The notes under the pieces are model-generated. The model was not told the DNA's origin. It made no database searches and worked only from the letters and a program-made list of their open reading frames with translations. Source: an uncultured delta proteobacterium (GTDB lineage Bacteria; Myxococcota; Kuafuiibacteriia; Kuafuiibacteriales; Kuafuiibacteriaceae). Taken from it: 64,000 nt of DNA. The stretch is from positions 2,240,001 to 2,304,000 of the forward strand of contig CAWDML010000001.1 in NCBI GenBank assembly GCA_963803435.1, given 5' to 3'. Below are positions 1 through 9,535 of this stretch, in pieces; positions within the stretch are counted from its first letter, which is position 1, and the number at the start of each line of letters is the position of its first letter. The position numbers and the translations under genes are program-made.

Positions 1-1146
1 ATCTACCAATCGGTGGAGCAGAGGAAGGCCCAGACCGCGACGGAGCTGCTCAGCAAGGAGCTCTCCAACAAGGAGGGCCTCGCGGTGATCCGCGGCGCTG
101 TCGCCGAGAACAAGAGCGCGGTCACCTCGCTCGACGAGGCCGACAAGCTCCTCGCCCAGGCGACCCAGGCCGAGAACGAGCGCCGCATCGACGATGCGAT
201 CGACCTCCGCAAGAAGGCGGTCGATTCGATGGAGAAGAACGTCGCCGCCATCGCCAACGCCGACGACTACCTCATGGCGCAGCACCTCCTGGCGCGCGCG
301 CTGATGTGGGCGGCGCGCGACAAGGAGGCGAAGGATCCGATCGCGGTGACGGCACGCATGGATCCCGGCTTCGATCTCCCGCGCGCCCAGTTCTCCCGGC
401 TCTACCGGAAATGGTTCAAGGCGGCCGGCGAGGAGGCGCTCCGATTGCGTCCGTCGGCGCTCCTGGTGAAGAGCACGATCCCCGGTGCCAAGATCTGGTT
501 CGACGGCCGTGAGATGGAGGTGACTCCGGTCCTCCTGAAGAAGGCCATCCCGGGCAAACATCTGGTGCGCGCCTCGATCGAAGGTGTCCCGCCGTCGGGC
601 GCGATCGTGAGCGTCGACGACAAGAAGCAGGCCGAGGTCACGATCAGCTTCGGCGCCACCATGGGCGGTGACGCCGTGGGCCGCGTCGCAGAGGCGGTCT
701 CTCAAAACGAGCTGCCCGCCAAGGCGATCCAGAGCGCCGTCCAGGCGGGCAAGGAGGCGTCCGCCAAGTACGTGGTGCTCGGCGGCATGGCCAAGGCCGA
801 CGATCACTTCCGCGTGCACACGTTCGTCGTCGACGTCGAGAAGTCGGCCGTGAAGTCGCTCGACGTGGTGAAGTTCGACCTCGATCTCCTCACCGCCGAG
901 TCGGACGTCCTCCGCATCGTCCGCAGCATTCAGGGGAGCCTGGCCGACGCCTCCGCCGGGCAGGCCGAGGTGAAGCGCATCGAGGACAGCATCAAGGTCC
1001 AGAGCACCGTCAACGAGGCGATCGCGCGCCCGTCGCTCACCAGCTTCGCCAAGAAGGACGACGACGGCGGCAAGAAGGACGACAAGCGACGGGTCTACCA
1101 GCCGCTCAAGAGCGGCAAGGTGAAGATCAAGGATGACGAGGAGTGA
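1..1146 (+). CDS. PEGA domain-containing protein (5'-truncated by window edge)
   Basis: Frame is open from base 1; PEGA-like segment VKSTIPGAKIWFDGREMEVTPVLLKKAIPGKHLVR follows a helical TPR-like part; stop TGA at 1144-1146. Confidence 0.75.
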   Translation: MYQSVEQRKAQTATELLSKELSNKEGLAVIRGAVAENKSAVTSLDEADKLLAQATQAENERRIDDAIDLRKKAVDSMEKNVAAIANADDYLMAQHLLARALMWAARDKEAKDPIAVTARMDPGFDLPRAQFSRLYRKWFKAAGEEALRLRPSALLVKSTIPGAKIWFDGREMEVTPVLLKKAIPGKHLVRASIEGVPPSGAIVSVDDKKQAEVTISFGATMGGDAVGRVAEAVSQNELPAKAIQSAVQAGKEASAKYVVLGGMAKADDHFRVHTFVVDVEKSAVKSLDVVKFDLDLLTAESDVLRIVRSIQGSLADASAGQAEVKRIEDSIKVQSTVNEAIARPSLTSFAKKDDDGGKKDDKRRVYQPLKSGKVKIKDDEE

Positions 1147-1149
1147 CGG

Positions 1150-3288
1150 CTACTTCTTGTTCCCGCCGGTGAGGAACTTGCTCAGGAGGCCTGACCCCTT
1201 CGACGTGCTCTGCGAGCCGGGCTGTTTCTCCTGGCGCTGGTGGACCATCCGGATGCCGCGGGCCGCCTCGATGTTGTTGGGCTCGAACTCGATGCACCGC
1301 GCCCACCACTTCTTGGCCTCGCCGTAGTTCCCGCGTACGAAGCAGATCTGTCCCAGATACTGGTACGCCACCGGCAAGTTCTCTTGCTCGCCCACGGCGC
1401 GCTTGAGGTGCTGCACCGCTTCGGTGACGTGCACCTGCGAGCGCTGGTTGAGGTTGAACGTCGCCCAGCCGAGCGTCGCGAAGTAGAGCGGATCGGGGTT
1501 GAGCGTCAGCGCCTCGTCGAGCACCTGCTTGGCGCCCTTCCAGTCGCGGCGCCGCATCATCGCGATCGCCTGATCGTACAACTGCTCGGCGCGGAGGATC
1601 TCGCTGACGTCGGTCGGGAGGCCCTTCGCCTTCCGATCGATGTACACGATGTACTCCTCACGCTTCTGCTTGTCGGTGATGGTCTCGTAGGCCTCGGTGA
1701 TGCGCTGGAAGATCTCGTCGAGCTTTCGCTTCATCGAGCCGAGGTTGTGCTCGGCGTACGCGTCGGTGTGCCACTTCTTGGCCAGCTCGAAGTACGCGGC
1801 CTTGATCTGATCGAGCTCCGTCTCGTGGGTGGCCCCGAAGATCTGGAAGAAGTCCCGCGACATCACCTGATCGTGGTAGCGCTCGATCTGGGCGCGCGCG
1901 CGCTGGTCCTCGGGGTGAAAGTCGCCGTCGTCCTCGAGCCCGAGATCGACGTCCTCGGCCTCGTCCCCGAAGTTGATCATCTCGGCCGCGGCGCTGACGG
2001 CCACCTCCATCGCGGTCTCCGGCGTGATGCGCGGCAGCGCTGCCATCCCGCTGGTCACCAGGGCGAACAGCTGAGGCACCACCGTGGCGGTGTCAGAGGG
2101 GTGTTTTCGCGTGATCGAGCGATAGCTCTGGTGGCCGTCGATCTCGGACGCGATGTTCGACGCCGAGAACGTGCGACGGAAGAACGGCATCAGCCGGTCG
2201 AACTCGCGCGTCTTCAGCATGGGCACGTCCTCCTGTCCCTTGAAGAACTTGAGGATCTGCGGCGGATGAACGTGGCGCTTGATGCCGTCGAGCAGCACCG
2301 CGATGGGCTCGAACTTGCCCTCGGGCACGCGACCGATGAAGGCGTCGGTCTCGCGCCAGTGGAAGCCGCCGCTCGCCATTCCGAGCGCGAGCGGCAGGAG
2401 CTGTCCGGCCAGGAGCTTGTACGCGGTGGCCAGCTCGGCCTCGGTGATCAGCCGGAGCTCGAGCAGGCTCTGCTGGAGCGTGCGGCCCTTCTCCTTCATG
2501 TAGCGCTGGCAGCGTTCGAAGTCGGGATCGGTGATGCGGCCGCGGCGCAGCAACAGCGCGCCCACGTTCTCCCCCTCGGCGTTCGACTGCATGAAGGTGG
2601 GGTTGCCGCCGATGATGTAGATGCGGCGGTGCGTCCCCTGGTCGGTCATGTCGAGCATGCCGGTGCCGGCGTCGTAGCGGATGGTGGCCAGGACCAGCGC
2701 GGCCGGGTATTGCTCGATGGAGCCCTCCTCCGGCAGCACCGGGAAGGGGCGGCCGTGATAGATGCCGTCGATGACCTCGTGCTCGCCGGTGATCGCCTCG
2801 GACTCCGCGACGGTGGACCCGTAGGAGAGGCCCCTGGGCGCGGGGCGGCTCGTCTGGGTGGAGGGCGCCTTGGGCGCCGAGACCTCGCGCATCGAGGGCT
2901 CGGGGTCGGGCTCGACGTCGCGCAAGGCGTCTTGCACCAGGCCGCCGAGGACGTCCATGTCGAGCGGCTTCGCGAGGAACTCGAGGACCTGATACTTCTC
3001 GCGGGCTTCCACCGCCGTCTTGGGGTTCTTGAAAACCCCGCTCATCATGATGATCGGGATCTGGGCGCCGCCGGGTCGCGCCCGCACGGCCTCGGCCACC
3101 GCGAAGCCGTTCTTTCGGGGCAGGAGAAAGTCGATGATGACGAGGTGCGGCGACACCTCCTCGAGGCGCTTGATCCCTTGATCGCCGTCGACCGCCGAGA
3201 ACAACCGGTATCCCCGACCCTCGAGGTAGTCTTGGATCAGTGACCGAATGTTCTCTTCGTCGTCGACGACCAGGACTCGGTGAGGCAT
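1150..3288 (-). CDS. Response regulator fusion: REC + DUF4388-like + DnaJ-like + TPR
   Basis: N-terminal RVLVVDDE...IIDFLLP...KP receiver motifs; LGALLLRRGRIT repeat; J-like DFFQIFG...IKAAYFELAKKWHTD; C-terminal TPRs. Start taken at MPHRV (ATG 3288). Confidence 0.85.
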   Translation of the reverse strand: MPHRVLVVDDEENIRSLIQDYLEGRGYRLFSAVDGDQGIKRLEEVSPHLVIIDFLLPRKNGFAVAEAVRARPGGAQIPIIMMSGVFKNPKTAVEAREKYQVLEFLAKPLDMDVLGGLVQDALRDVEPDPEPSMREVSAPKAPSTQTSRPAPRGLSYGSTVAESEAITGEHEVIDGIYHGRPFPVLPEEGSIEQYPAALVLATIRYDAGTGMLDMTDQGTHRRIYIIGGNPTFMQSNAEGENVGALLLRRGRITDPDFERCQRYMKEKGRTLQQSLLELRLITEAELATAYKLLAGQLLPLALGMASGGFHWRETDAFIGRVPEGKFEPIAVLLDGIKRHVHPPQILKFFKGQEDVPMLKTREFDRLMPFFRRTFSASNIASEIDGHQSYRSITRKHPSDTATVVPQLFALVTSGMAALPRITPETAMEVAVSAAAEMINFGDEAEDVDLGLEDDGDFHPEDQRARAQIERYHDQVMSRDFFQIFGATHETELDQIKAAYFELAKKWHTDAYAEHNLGSMKRKLDEIFQRITEAYETITDKQKREEYIVYIDRKAKGLPTDVSEILRAEQLYDQAIAMMRRRDWKGAKQVLDEALTLNPDPLYFATLGWATFNLNQRSQVHVTEAVQHLKRAVGEQENLPVAYQYLGQICFVRGNYGEAKKWWARCIEFEPNNIEAARGIRMVHQRQEKQPGSQSTSKGSGLLSKFLTGGNKK

Positions 3289-3357
3289 CGCGTCACCAGT
3301 CATTTCCAAGTGACAACATCAGTCGCGTCTCCGCTGAAATACCATGCGCCAGGGACC

Positions 3358-5748
3358 TCAGTCGACATCGAGGACGAACGGCACCAGCGCCTTCGGGCGG
3401 TGGGGTGGGTCCACGCTCTGGGCGGCCACGCGCGCCAGCGCGGCACGGACGCCGTGTGGGAAGAGCACCTCCACTCCCGCCGAGGTCGGGGCCGGCGCAA
3501 AGACGCCGCTGATCAGATTGACCAGGCCCGGGAGGGGGTGGCGGTTCGGCGGGTACGTGACGAGCTCCACCTCCCGATCCGGATCGAAGCCCGCTGCGGT
3601 CTTGGCGCGCCGCACTGCGTCGACCAGCCCGCCAAACTCGTCGACGAGACCGCGCGCCTTCGCGTCGCGGCCGCTCCAGATCCGTCCCTGCGCCAGCGAC
3701 CGGACCTCGGTCTTCTTCAGGTGCCGCCCGCGGGCCACCACCTCGAGGAACTGCTGGTAGGCGTCGTCGACGGTCTTCTCCATCACCGCCCGCTCGGCCG
3801 GTGTCATCGCGTGCGCGAACGAGCCCGAGTTTGCGAGCGCGCCGCGCTGGACCGTGCCGGCGTGGATGCCCAGCTTGCCGAGGAGCTGCTCGGCGGTCAC
3901 GGTCATGGCGAAGACGCCGATCGATCCGGTCAGCGTGGTCGGCTCCGCCATGATGGTCCCCGCACCCGCCGCCACGTAGTAGCCGCCGCTGGCGGCCACG
4001 TCGCCGAAGCTCGCCACCACCGGCTTCTTCTCCTGCACGCGGACGACGGAGCGGGCGATCAGATCGGACGCGAACGAGTCCCCGCCCGGGCTGTCGACGC
4101 GCAGCACCACGGCAGCGATCGAGTCGTCCGTCCGGATCTCCTCGAGCGCCTTCACCAGCGTCCGCGCACCGACCGTGTTGCCCAGGCCGAAGGGGAGGTC
4201 CTGGGACTCTCCCCCGGCGATGGCGGCGTCGATGTGCACCACGGCGATCTTCTGGGGCGAGGCCCACCGGGGTCGCTTGGGCGCGTAGGCGTCCCCGCCC
4301 TGGAGGAAGGAGACCGAGCGCCCGTACAGCTTCTCCACGTAGGCGTCGAGCTCGTCCGGGTAGATCGACGCGTCCACCATCTTCCTGGCCAGAGCCTCGG
4401 TCGCCGTCAGCGTGCCCACGTCGATGGTCGCCATCACCTCCTCGGCGGGAATCTTGCGGCCGGCGGCGATCGCGGCCACCAGCGTCTGGTAGATCGCGTC
4501 GAGGTAGGCGCCGAGAGACTCGCGCTGTTCGACGCTCATCCCGCTGCGGGTGAATTGATCGGGCGCCGATTTGTACTTCTCCCGCTTCACCACCTCGACG
4601 GTGACACCGAGCTTCTTGAGGCCGTCCCCGAAGTACAGCACTTCGGCAGCCACGCCGTTGACGTTGAGGTTCATCGGCGGCGCGACCGCGATGGTGTCGC
4701 AGGCGGCGGCCACGAAGTACGAGACGTCGTTCGATCCGGTCAGATAGCAGTCGACGCGCCGGCCTGCCTTGTGGATCGCCTCGATGCCCGCCCGGATCTC
4801 CATGGCCTTGGCCCACCCGATCTCGAGCGGGCCGATCCGGAGGAACACCCCGTCGATGCGATCGGAGCGCGCCAGGTTGTCGAAGTACAGCGGCGCACCG
4901 CCGTAGGGCGTGACGTCGAGGGTCTGGCTGAGGAGGTTGATCTCCGGCTCGGGCACCAGGTCGCCTTCGAGCGTCACCAGCGCCACCCGCGACGGTGACA
5001 AGAGCGGCGGCTTGCGCTCCGAGTGGAAGATCAGCTCGCCCGAGACCGAGAGCTTGTCGTCCGCGGCGAAGACGGCGCTTCCAGCGCCGAAGTTTTCGAG
5101 GTTCAGCGAGAGCATGAAGACGAAGTCGAGATCGAGGTTCGCCGCCACGCCCAGCTTGACCCCATCGAACGGCTCCGCCTGCGCCAGGAAGGTGAGATCG
5201 AGCGTGTCCTTGTTGAGCGGCTCGCTCTGCGTGAGGCGCCACCGGGTCGAGACCGTGAAGCGCTCGCCGAAGGGACGGAGCGCGATCCCGAGATCCCACT
5301 CGCGGCGCTGGTAGTGCTGCGCCACGTCCCGCACCGCGGCTCCGACCGCAAGCCACCTTGCAATGCGGAGCGACGCGCCCGCGGAGAGGATCCCCTTGTC
5401 CTCCCCATCGAACGGCGCGATGTGGTCCCAGGTGAAGCCGAAGGCGCCGCGCTGTCCTCCGTAGGAGAGCCCGACCACCTCGTGGTGGGCGGTCCGATTC
5501 CCGTCGTCGTCGATGTCGAACCCCGCCCCCAGGACCAGCCCGCCGATGAGGTGGACCCCTCCGTAGGCCGCAAATCCGTCGGCGGCCCCCTGGTGCCCGT
5601 ACAGAAGACGAACCTCGGTCCCGCGGAGATAGCCGAGCCCGGCCGGGTTGAAGCGGAGCGAATAGACGTCGTCCACCTCAGCCGGGAGGCGGATTGGGAG
5701 CGGCACGGCCGGCAGCGCGAGCGCGAGCAGCCACGAAACGCCAATCAT
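3358..5748 (-). CDS. sppA: Signal peptide peptidase SppA (S49), long form with N-terminal beta-barrel-like domain
   Basis: KYKSA, RVDSPGG, DVAASGGYY, TGSIGV and GRIWSG motifs; N-terminal signal peptide and NPAGL beta-strand-rich region. Confidence 0.92.
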   Translation of the reverse strand: MIGVSWLLALALPAVPLPIRLPAEVDDVYSLRFNPAGLGYLRGTEVRLLYGHQGAADGFAAYGGVHLIGGLVLGAGFDIDDDGNRTAHHEVVGLSYGGQRGAFGFTWDHIAPFDGEDKGILSAGASLRIARWLAVGAAVRDVAQHYQRREWDLGIALRPFGERFTVSTRWRLTQSEPLNKDTLDLTFLAQAEPFDGVKLGVAANLDLDFVFMLSLNLENFGAGSAVFAADDKLSVSGELIFHSERKPPLLSPSRVALVTLEGDLVPEPEINLLSQTLDVTPYGGAPLYFDNLARSDRIDGVFLRIGPLEIGWAKAMEIRAGIEAIHKAGRRVDCYLTGSNDVSYFVAAACDTIAVAPPMNLNVNGVAAEVLYFGDGLKKLGVTVEVVKREKYKSAPDQFTRSGMSVEQRESLGAYLDAIYQTLVAAIAAGRKIPAEEVMATIDVGTLTATEALARKMVDASIYPDELDAYVEKLYGRSVSFLQGGDAYAPKRPRWASPQKIAVVHIDAAIAGGESQDLPFGLGNTVGARTLVKALEEIRTDDSIAAVVLRVDSPGGDSFASDLIARSVVRVQEKKPVVASFGDVAASGGYYVAAGAGTIMAEPTTLTGSIGVFAMTVTAEQLLGKLGIHAGTVQRGALANSGSFAHAMTPAERAVMEKTVDDAYQQFLEVVARGRHLKKTEVRSLAQGRIWSGRDAKARGLVDEFGGLVDAVRRAKTAAGFDPDREVELVTYPPNRHPLPGLVNLISGVFAPAPTSAGVEVLFPHGVRAALARVAAQSVDPPHRPKALVPFVLDVD

Positions 5749-5754
5749 TCAGGG

Positions 5755-5783
5755 ACCATGGCCGCAATCAAAATTTTTGGCAA
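5755..5783 (-). promoter_or_regulatory. Putative sigma70 promoter for a leaderless sppA transcript
   Basis: Minus strand reads TTGCCA-17 nt-CATGGT-6 nt-ATG(5748); no Shine-Dalgarno sequence. Confidence 0.45.
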
Positions 5784-6384
5784 CGAAGTGCGCCTCGGGC
5801 CGATAACCGCAGAGCCCGTGGTGTATTGCACGCGCGAGACGCGGCGGCGACAGCTCTGGGAGCTCCGGCGAAGGCAGCTCGAGGCCGAGGCTCGCCTCGA
5901 CGAGCAGCAGCCCCTCGGCCTCAACGACGATCCGGTCCATCCGGAACACGCGCCGACAGGCGGACATCCGAACGACTGGAAGGCGCTCGACGACCTCCAC
6001 GGGCGCCTCGCCGATCAGCACGACGCCACCACCCAGAGCCGCCGCTCCTGGGGACGCCGCCTGGTCGATCAGGATCTCCGCGAAGACGCCGAGCTCCGCT
6101 CCGACGCCGAGCGCCAGTCGCAGCGGCTCGGCCCGCGCGATCGCGTGCTCGATCCCTCGCAGAGCCTGGTGGCGGTCATGCTCTCGGCCCAGCGCGGAGA
6201 GCAGAAGGATCGCCGGCGCCGCATCACCTCCAAGAGCGGCACCACCCGCGGCAGCTCCCGCGGCCTGCTCCACCCGGGAAGCGCGTGCCCGAAGAAGGTG
6301 GAGCGCACCTCCGGTCTCGGGACCTCCCAGGCGGTGCCGTACCGCGCGAGCGCAGAGAACTCCGGCGCCCGCGTGATCGCCTAG
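5758..6384 (+). CDS. Hypothetical protein (start uncertain, 5758 or later)
   Basis: The only ORF filling the gap between sppA and the IS element; codon usage matches neighbouring genes; its TAG stop is the left end of element copy 1. Confidence 0.55.
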   Translation: MAAIKIFGNEVRLGPITAEPVVYCTRETRRRQLWELRRRQLEAEARLDEQQPLGLNDDPVHPEHAPTGGHPNDWKALDDLHGRLADQHDATTQSRRSWGRRLVDQDLREDAELRSDAERQSQRLGPRDRVLDPSQSLVAVMLSAQRGEQKDRRRRITSKSGTTRGSSRGLLHPGSACPKKVERTSGLGTSQAVPYRASAENSGARVIA

Positions 6385-6414
6385 GAGCGTGTAGCGCGTA
6401 AGCGCTCACGCGAG

Positions 6415-6444
6415 CCCGGTCCCGGTCCCGGTCCCGGTCCCGGT
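6415..6444 (+). repeat. (CCCGGT)5 hexamer array, left subterminal repeat; inverted counterpart at 7822-7856
   Basis: Directly visible; GGGACC/CGGACC units lie inside the right IR; the same arrays occur in copies 2 and 3. Confidence 0.95.
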
Positions 6445-6449
6445 GGCGA

Positions 6450-6633
6450 TCATGCAGCCCGGCGTGCGTTCATCGACTTGATGAGGCGCGTGAGCCTCTC
6501 GACAACGCGCTTGAGCTTGGCTCTGGCGGCTTGGACCTTCTGCTCGTTGGCGAGTCGGCGCCTCGAGCAGGTGTGGAGTGAGGCGGCGCTTTCGGTGCCA
6601 GAGCGAAGTGCCATCCGGTAGAAGCGAGCCTTC
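6450..6633 (-). pseudogene. C-terminal fragment of a four-helix-bundle protein (23S rRNA IVP/bAvd-like)
   Basis: Encodes KARFYRMALRSGTESAASLHT...; matches the longer fragment in copy 2 (DQLRRASDSIVNNTAEGAG) and the C-terminus in copy 3. Confidence 0.75.
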
Positions 6634-7799
6634 GTGGCGAAGCAATACCGTTCTTGGACTCCGAGACAATCGTTCTTGCTCCCGCCGTCCCCTCTCGAGT
6701 GGCTCCCAGAAAATCATCTCGCGTACTTCGTCTTGGACGTCGTCGATGAGGTAGAGCTGAGCGCGATCGAGATCTCGATCCAGTCCAAGGACCCGCGAGG
6801 CGAGCGACCGTACTCGCCTCGAATGATGATCGCGCTGCTTCTGTACGCCTACTGCACCGGCATCTATTCGTCGCGGAGGATCGCGCGGGCGACCTACCAA
6901 GACATTCCATTCCGGGTGCTGGCTGGAGAAAGTCATCCCCACTTCACGACGATCAACGAGTTTCGGCTGGTCCACCTGGAGGCACTGAAAGCGCTCTTCC
7001 TCGAAGTCCTGAAGCTTTGCCAAAAAGCAGGTTTGGTGCGGCTCGGACACGTCGCACTCGATGGCTCGAAGGTGCAGGCGAACGCGAGCAAGCACAAGGC
7101 GATGACCTACGAGCGGATGGCCGAGGAGGAGAAGCGGCTGTCTCTCGAGATCGAAGAACTGCTGGAGCGAGCGCGCACGATCGACCAAGAGGAAGACGAG
7201 CGGCTGGGCGTTGAAGAGACTGAAGAGGACATCCCAGCGGAGCTCGCTCGCCGTGAATCCCGCCTTGCCCGCATTCGAGAAGCGAAGGCTGCGCTGGAAC
7301 AGGATGCCGCCAGGGCTCGCGCGGAGAAATTGCGCAGGCAAGCCGAAGAGCAGCAGAGCAAAGCGGATGATGCTCTTGTGGATCTGGTGGAGCAGAAGCG
7401 AGCGAGAACTCGAGCCGAGAAGGCAAGAGCGCAGGCTGACCAGCTCGAACCAACATCGAATTCTGCGACAACAATCAGATCGATGCCCACATCGCTGTTG
7501 GACGCGAACAGAACCAAGACGCGTCGACTCCGTCCTCATCAGCTTCGGAGCCCACACCTCCCTCGCTCGCTCGCAAGCGAATGCGAGACAAGTTGCAAAC
7601 GCGCGACGGCAAGGCGGTCTACGCCCGCAGGAAGAGTATCGTCGAACCGGCGCTCGGACAGATCAAAGGGGCACGAGGATTCCGCCGGTTCTCGCTCCGC
7701 TCCTTCTTCAAGGTACGAGCCGAGGGGACGCTCGTCTGCCTCACCCACAACCTGCTCAAGCTCTACCGATTGAAGCTCGCGACCGTCGCGAGCGTCTGA
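6634..7799 (+). pseudogene. IS1182-family DDE transposase, internally deleted and frameshifted near 7450
   Basis: N-terminal LLPPSPLEWLPENHLAYFV...GERPYSPRMM...YAYCTGIYSSRRI...HPHFTTINEFR...ALDGSKVQANASKHKAM and C-terminal YARRKSIVEPALGQIKGARGFRRFSLR; the central part is missing. Confidence 0.9.
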
Positions 7800-7958
7800 C
7801 TCAAGGCAGCCATCTTCAGATCGGGACCCGGACCGGGACCGGGACCCGGACCGGGGTCGCGTGAGCGCTTACGCGCTACACGCTCCTAATCGTGGTCGGC
7901 TCGAATCACGATCCGTAGCGGTTGGATCGCCCGTCTTGCCCGTCATCGTCATCGGGCG

Positions 7959-8039
7959 CGCGGTGCCTTTCGTCTTCCCGATGGACTCGAGGACTTCGGC
8001 TGCAAGTGCAAGCAGCTCGATGGCGCACTTGTAAACGTC
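7959..8039 (-). pseudogene. Orphan N-terminal fragment of a second, different four-helix-bundle protein
   Basis: Translates as DVYKCAIELLALAAEVLESIGKTKGTA, like helix 1 of myxobacterial four-helix-bundle proteins; flanked by CGTCAT and CACGAT/GACGAC short repeats. Confidence 0.6.
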
Positions 8040-8097
8040 GTCTCACGATCACGACGACGACCGCCCAGCTCCAGCGTGCGCGGAAGCGACTTGAACC

Positions 8098-9510
8098 CTA
8101 CCCGTCCGCGCGCTTCTTCTCGAACCTCTCCAGCACCTCGGCCAGCGTCAGCTTCCCCAGCTCCCGCTCCAGCACCACCTCGGCGCTGAGAAGCGTCTCG
8201 CCCACGAAGACGGAGAGGGCGTCCTCGCCGATGAGATGGGGATCGAAGTGCACGCGCCCGCCCGCGCGCATGACCTGGACCACGTCGGCGACCGAGATCC
8301 GATCGAGCGGCCGGCCCGGGACGAAGCCCGTGTCCGATTCGACCAGCAGCTTCGACTGGACCAGCTCGTTGAGGACCTGGCGGGCCAGGCGAGGCGGGAT
8401 CAACAGGTGGTTGACCAGGTGATCGGTCGGGACCGGGCCCGCGCCGTGCTCGTAGGCCCGCGACACCGCCATCAGCAGGCGCGCCGCCAGGAACTCGCGG
8501 TTCCGCTGCGGTACCTTGCGCTGCTTCTCGTGCTCGGGCTCGTAGGTCGCGTGTGACTGCGACGCGAACGTCAGCTGCGCGCCGAGCAGCGCGACGATCC
8601 AGCTGACGTAGATCCAGAGTATGAACAGCGGCACCGCGCCGAGCGAGCCGTAGATCGCCGAGTACGTGATCGCGTGCGCTGCGTAGATCGCGTACAGCTT
8701 CTGGGCCGTCACCCAGAGCGCGCCGGCCACCATCCCGCCCACAGCCGCGTAGCGGACCGGCACCTTGGTGTTGGGCATGACCGCGTAGAGGAAGGTGAAG
8801 AAGATGAACGCCAGGAGTAGCGGGACAATGCCGGCCATCAGCGTCAGGGCCGGGGCCTTCTCCGCGAGCCAGCGCACGGTCGCGTTCGCCTCCACCGCGG
8901 TCGAGATCGAGAGCGACAGCCCTAGCAGGATCGGGCCGAGCGTGATCAGCGGCCAGTAGACCTGGAAGCGTTGAAGGAGGCTGCGATCGCGCTCGAGGCC
9001 CCAGATGTCGTTGAACGACTTCTCGATGTTGGCGAGCAGCGAGATCACGGTGAACAGGAGGATGACGACGCCGAAGATCCCGATCTGGCTGGCGTGTACC
9101 TTGCTGACGAACTCGGTCAGGTACTGGGTGAGCATCTGGCGGTGACTCTCGACGGCGAGCGCGTCGACGACGAACTCGCGGAGCTTCGCCTCCACCGGCT
9201 CCAGCCCGCCGAACGCGGCGAACAGGGAGAAGATCACCGCGAGGGCCGGCACGAGCGACAGCAGGCTGACATAGGTGAGCGCCGCGGCCCGCAGCTTGAT
9301 CCGCTCGCGCCGGAAGCCGGTCACCACGATGTAGAGGATGCGCCCCAGGAGGATCGCGATCCGGAGCGTGGGTGGCGCCGGCTCCGAGAGACGGATCGAC
9401 CAGAGGTCGTGGGTCACGAACCGGCGGGTCCGCGCATAGAGGGCCGCCACGCGGCGCCGCGCGCGGGGCAGGTCCCAACGCCTGGTCCCCTTCAGCTCCC
9501 CCGCGCGCAC
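8098..9510 (-). CDS. YihY/BrkB-family inner-membrane protein with C-terminal winged-helix (Rrf2-like) domain
   Basis: AAALTYVSLLSLVP, IEKSFNDIW, LYAVMPNTKV and YSAIYGSLGAVPLFILWIYVSWIVALLGA motifs. Confidence 0.92.
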   Translation of the reverse strand: MRAGELKGTRRWDLPRARRRVAALYARTRRFVTHDLWSIRLSEPAPPTLRIAILLGRILYIVVTGFRRERIKLRAAALTYVSLLSLVPALAVIFSLFAAFGGLEPVEAKLREFVVDALAVESHRQMLTQYLTEFVSKVHASQIGIFGVVILLFTVISLLANIEKSFNDIWGLERDRSLLQRFQVYWPLITLGPILLGLSLSISTAVEANATVRWLAEKAPALTLMAGIVPLLLAFIFFTFLYAVMPNTKVPVRYAAVGGMVAGALWVTAQKLYAIYAAHAITYSAIYGSLGAVPLFILWIYVSWIVALLGAQLTFASQSHATYEPEHEKQRKVPQRNREFLAARLLMAVSRAYEHGAGPVPTDHLVNHLLIPPRLARQVLNELVQSKLLVESDTGFVPGRPLDRISVADVVQVMRAGGRVHFDPHLIGEDALSVFVGETLLSAEVVLERELGKLTLAEVLERFEKKRADG

Positions 9511-9535
9511 GGCGCCATGCTATTACACAAACCTC

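Larger units (their letters stand above)
6382..7888 (+). mobile_element. IS1182-like element with four-helix-bundle passenger gene, copy 1 (internally deleted)
   Basis: Perfect 32-bp terminal inverted repeats TAGGAGCGTGTAGCGCGTAAGCGCTCACGCGA (6382-6413 and 7857-7888, counting the flanking TA); transposase remnant inside; the same ends recur at 17242-17954 and 39644-40930. Confidence 0.9.

Noticed and set aside
6415-6444. CCCGGT arrays as CRISPR, telomere-like repeats or TG/GP-repeat peptides
   Set aside because: No spacers and no cas genes; the arrays are subterminal parts of the mobile element, and the ORFs through them are shadows.
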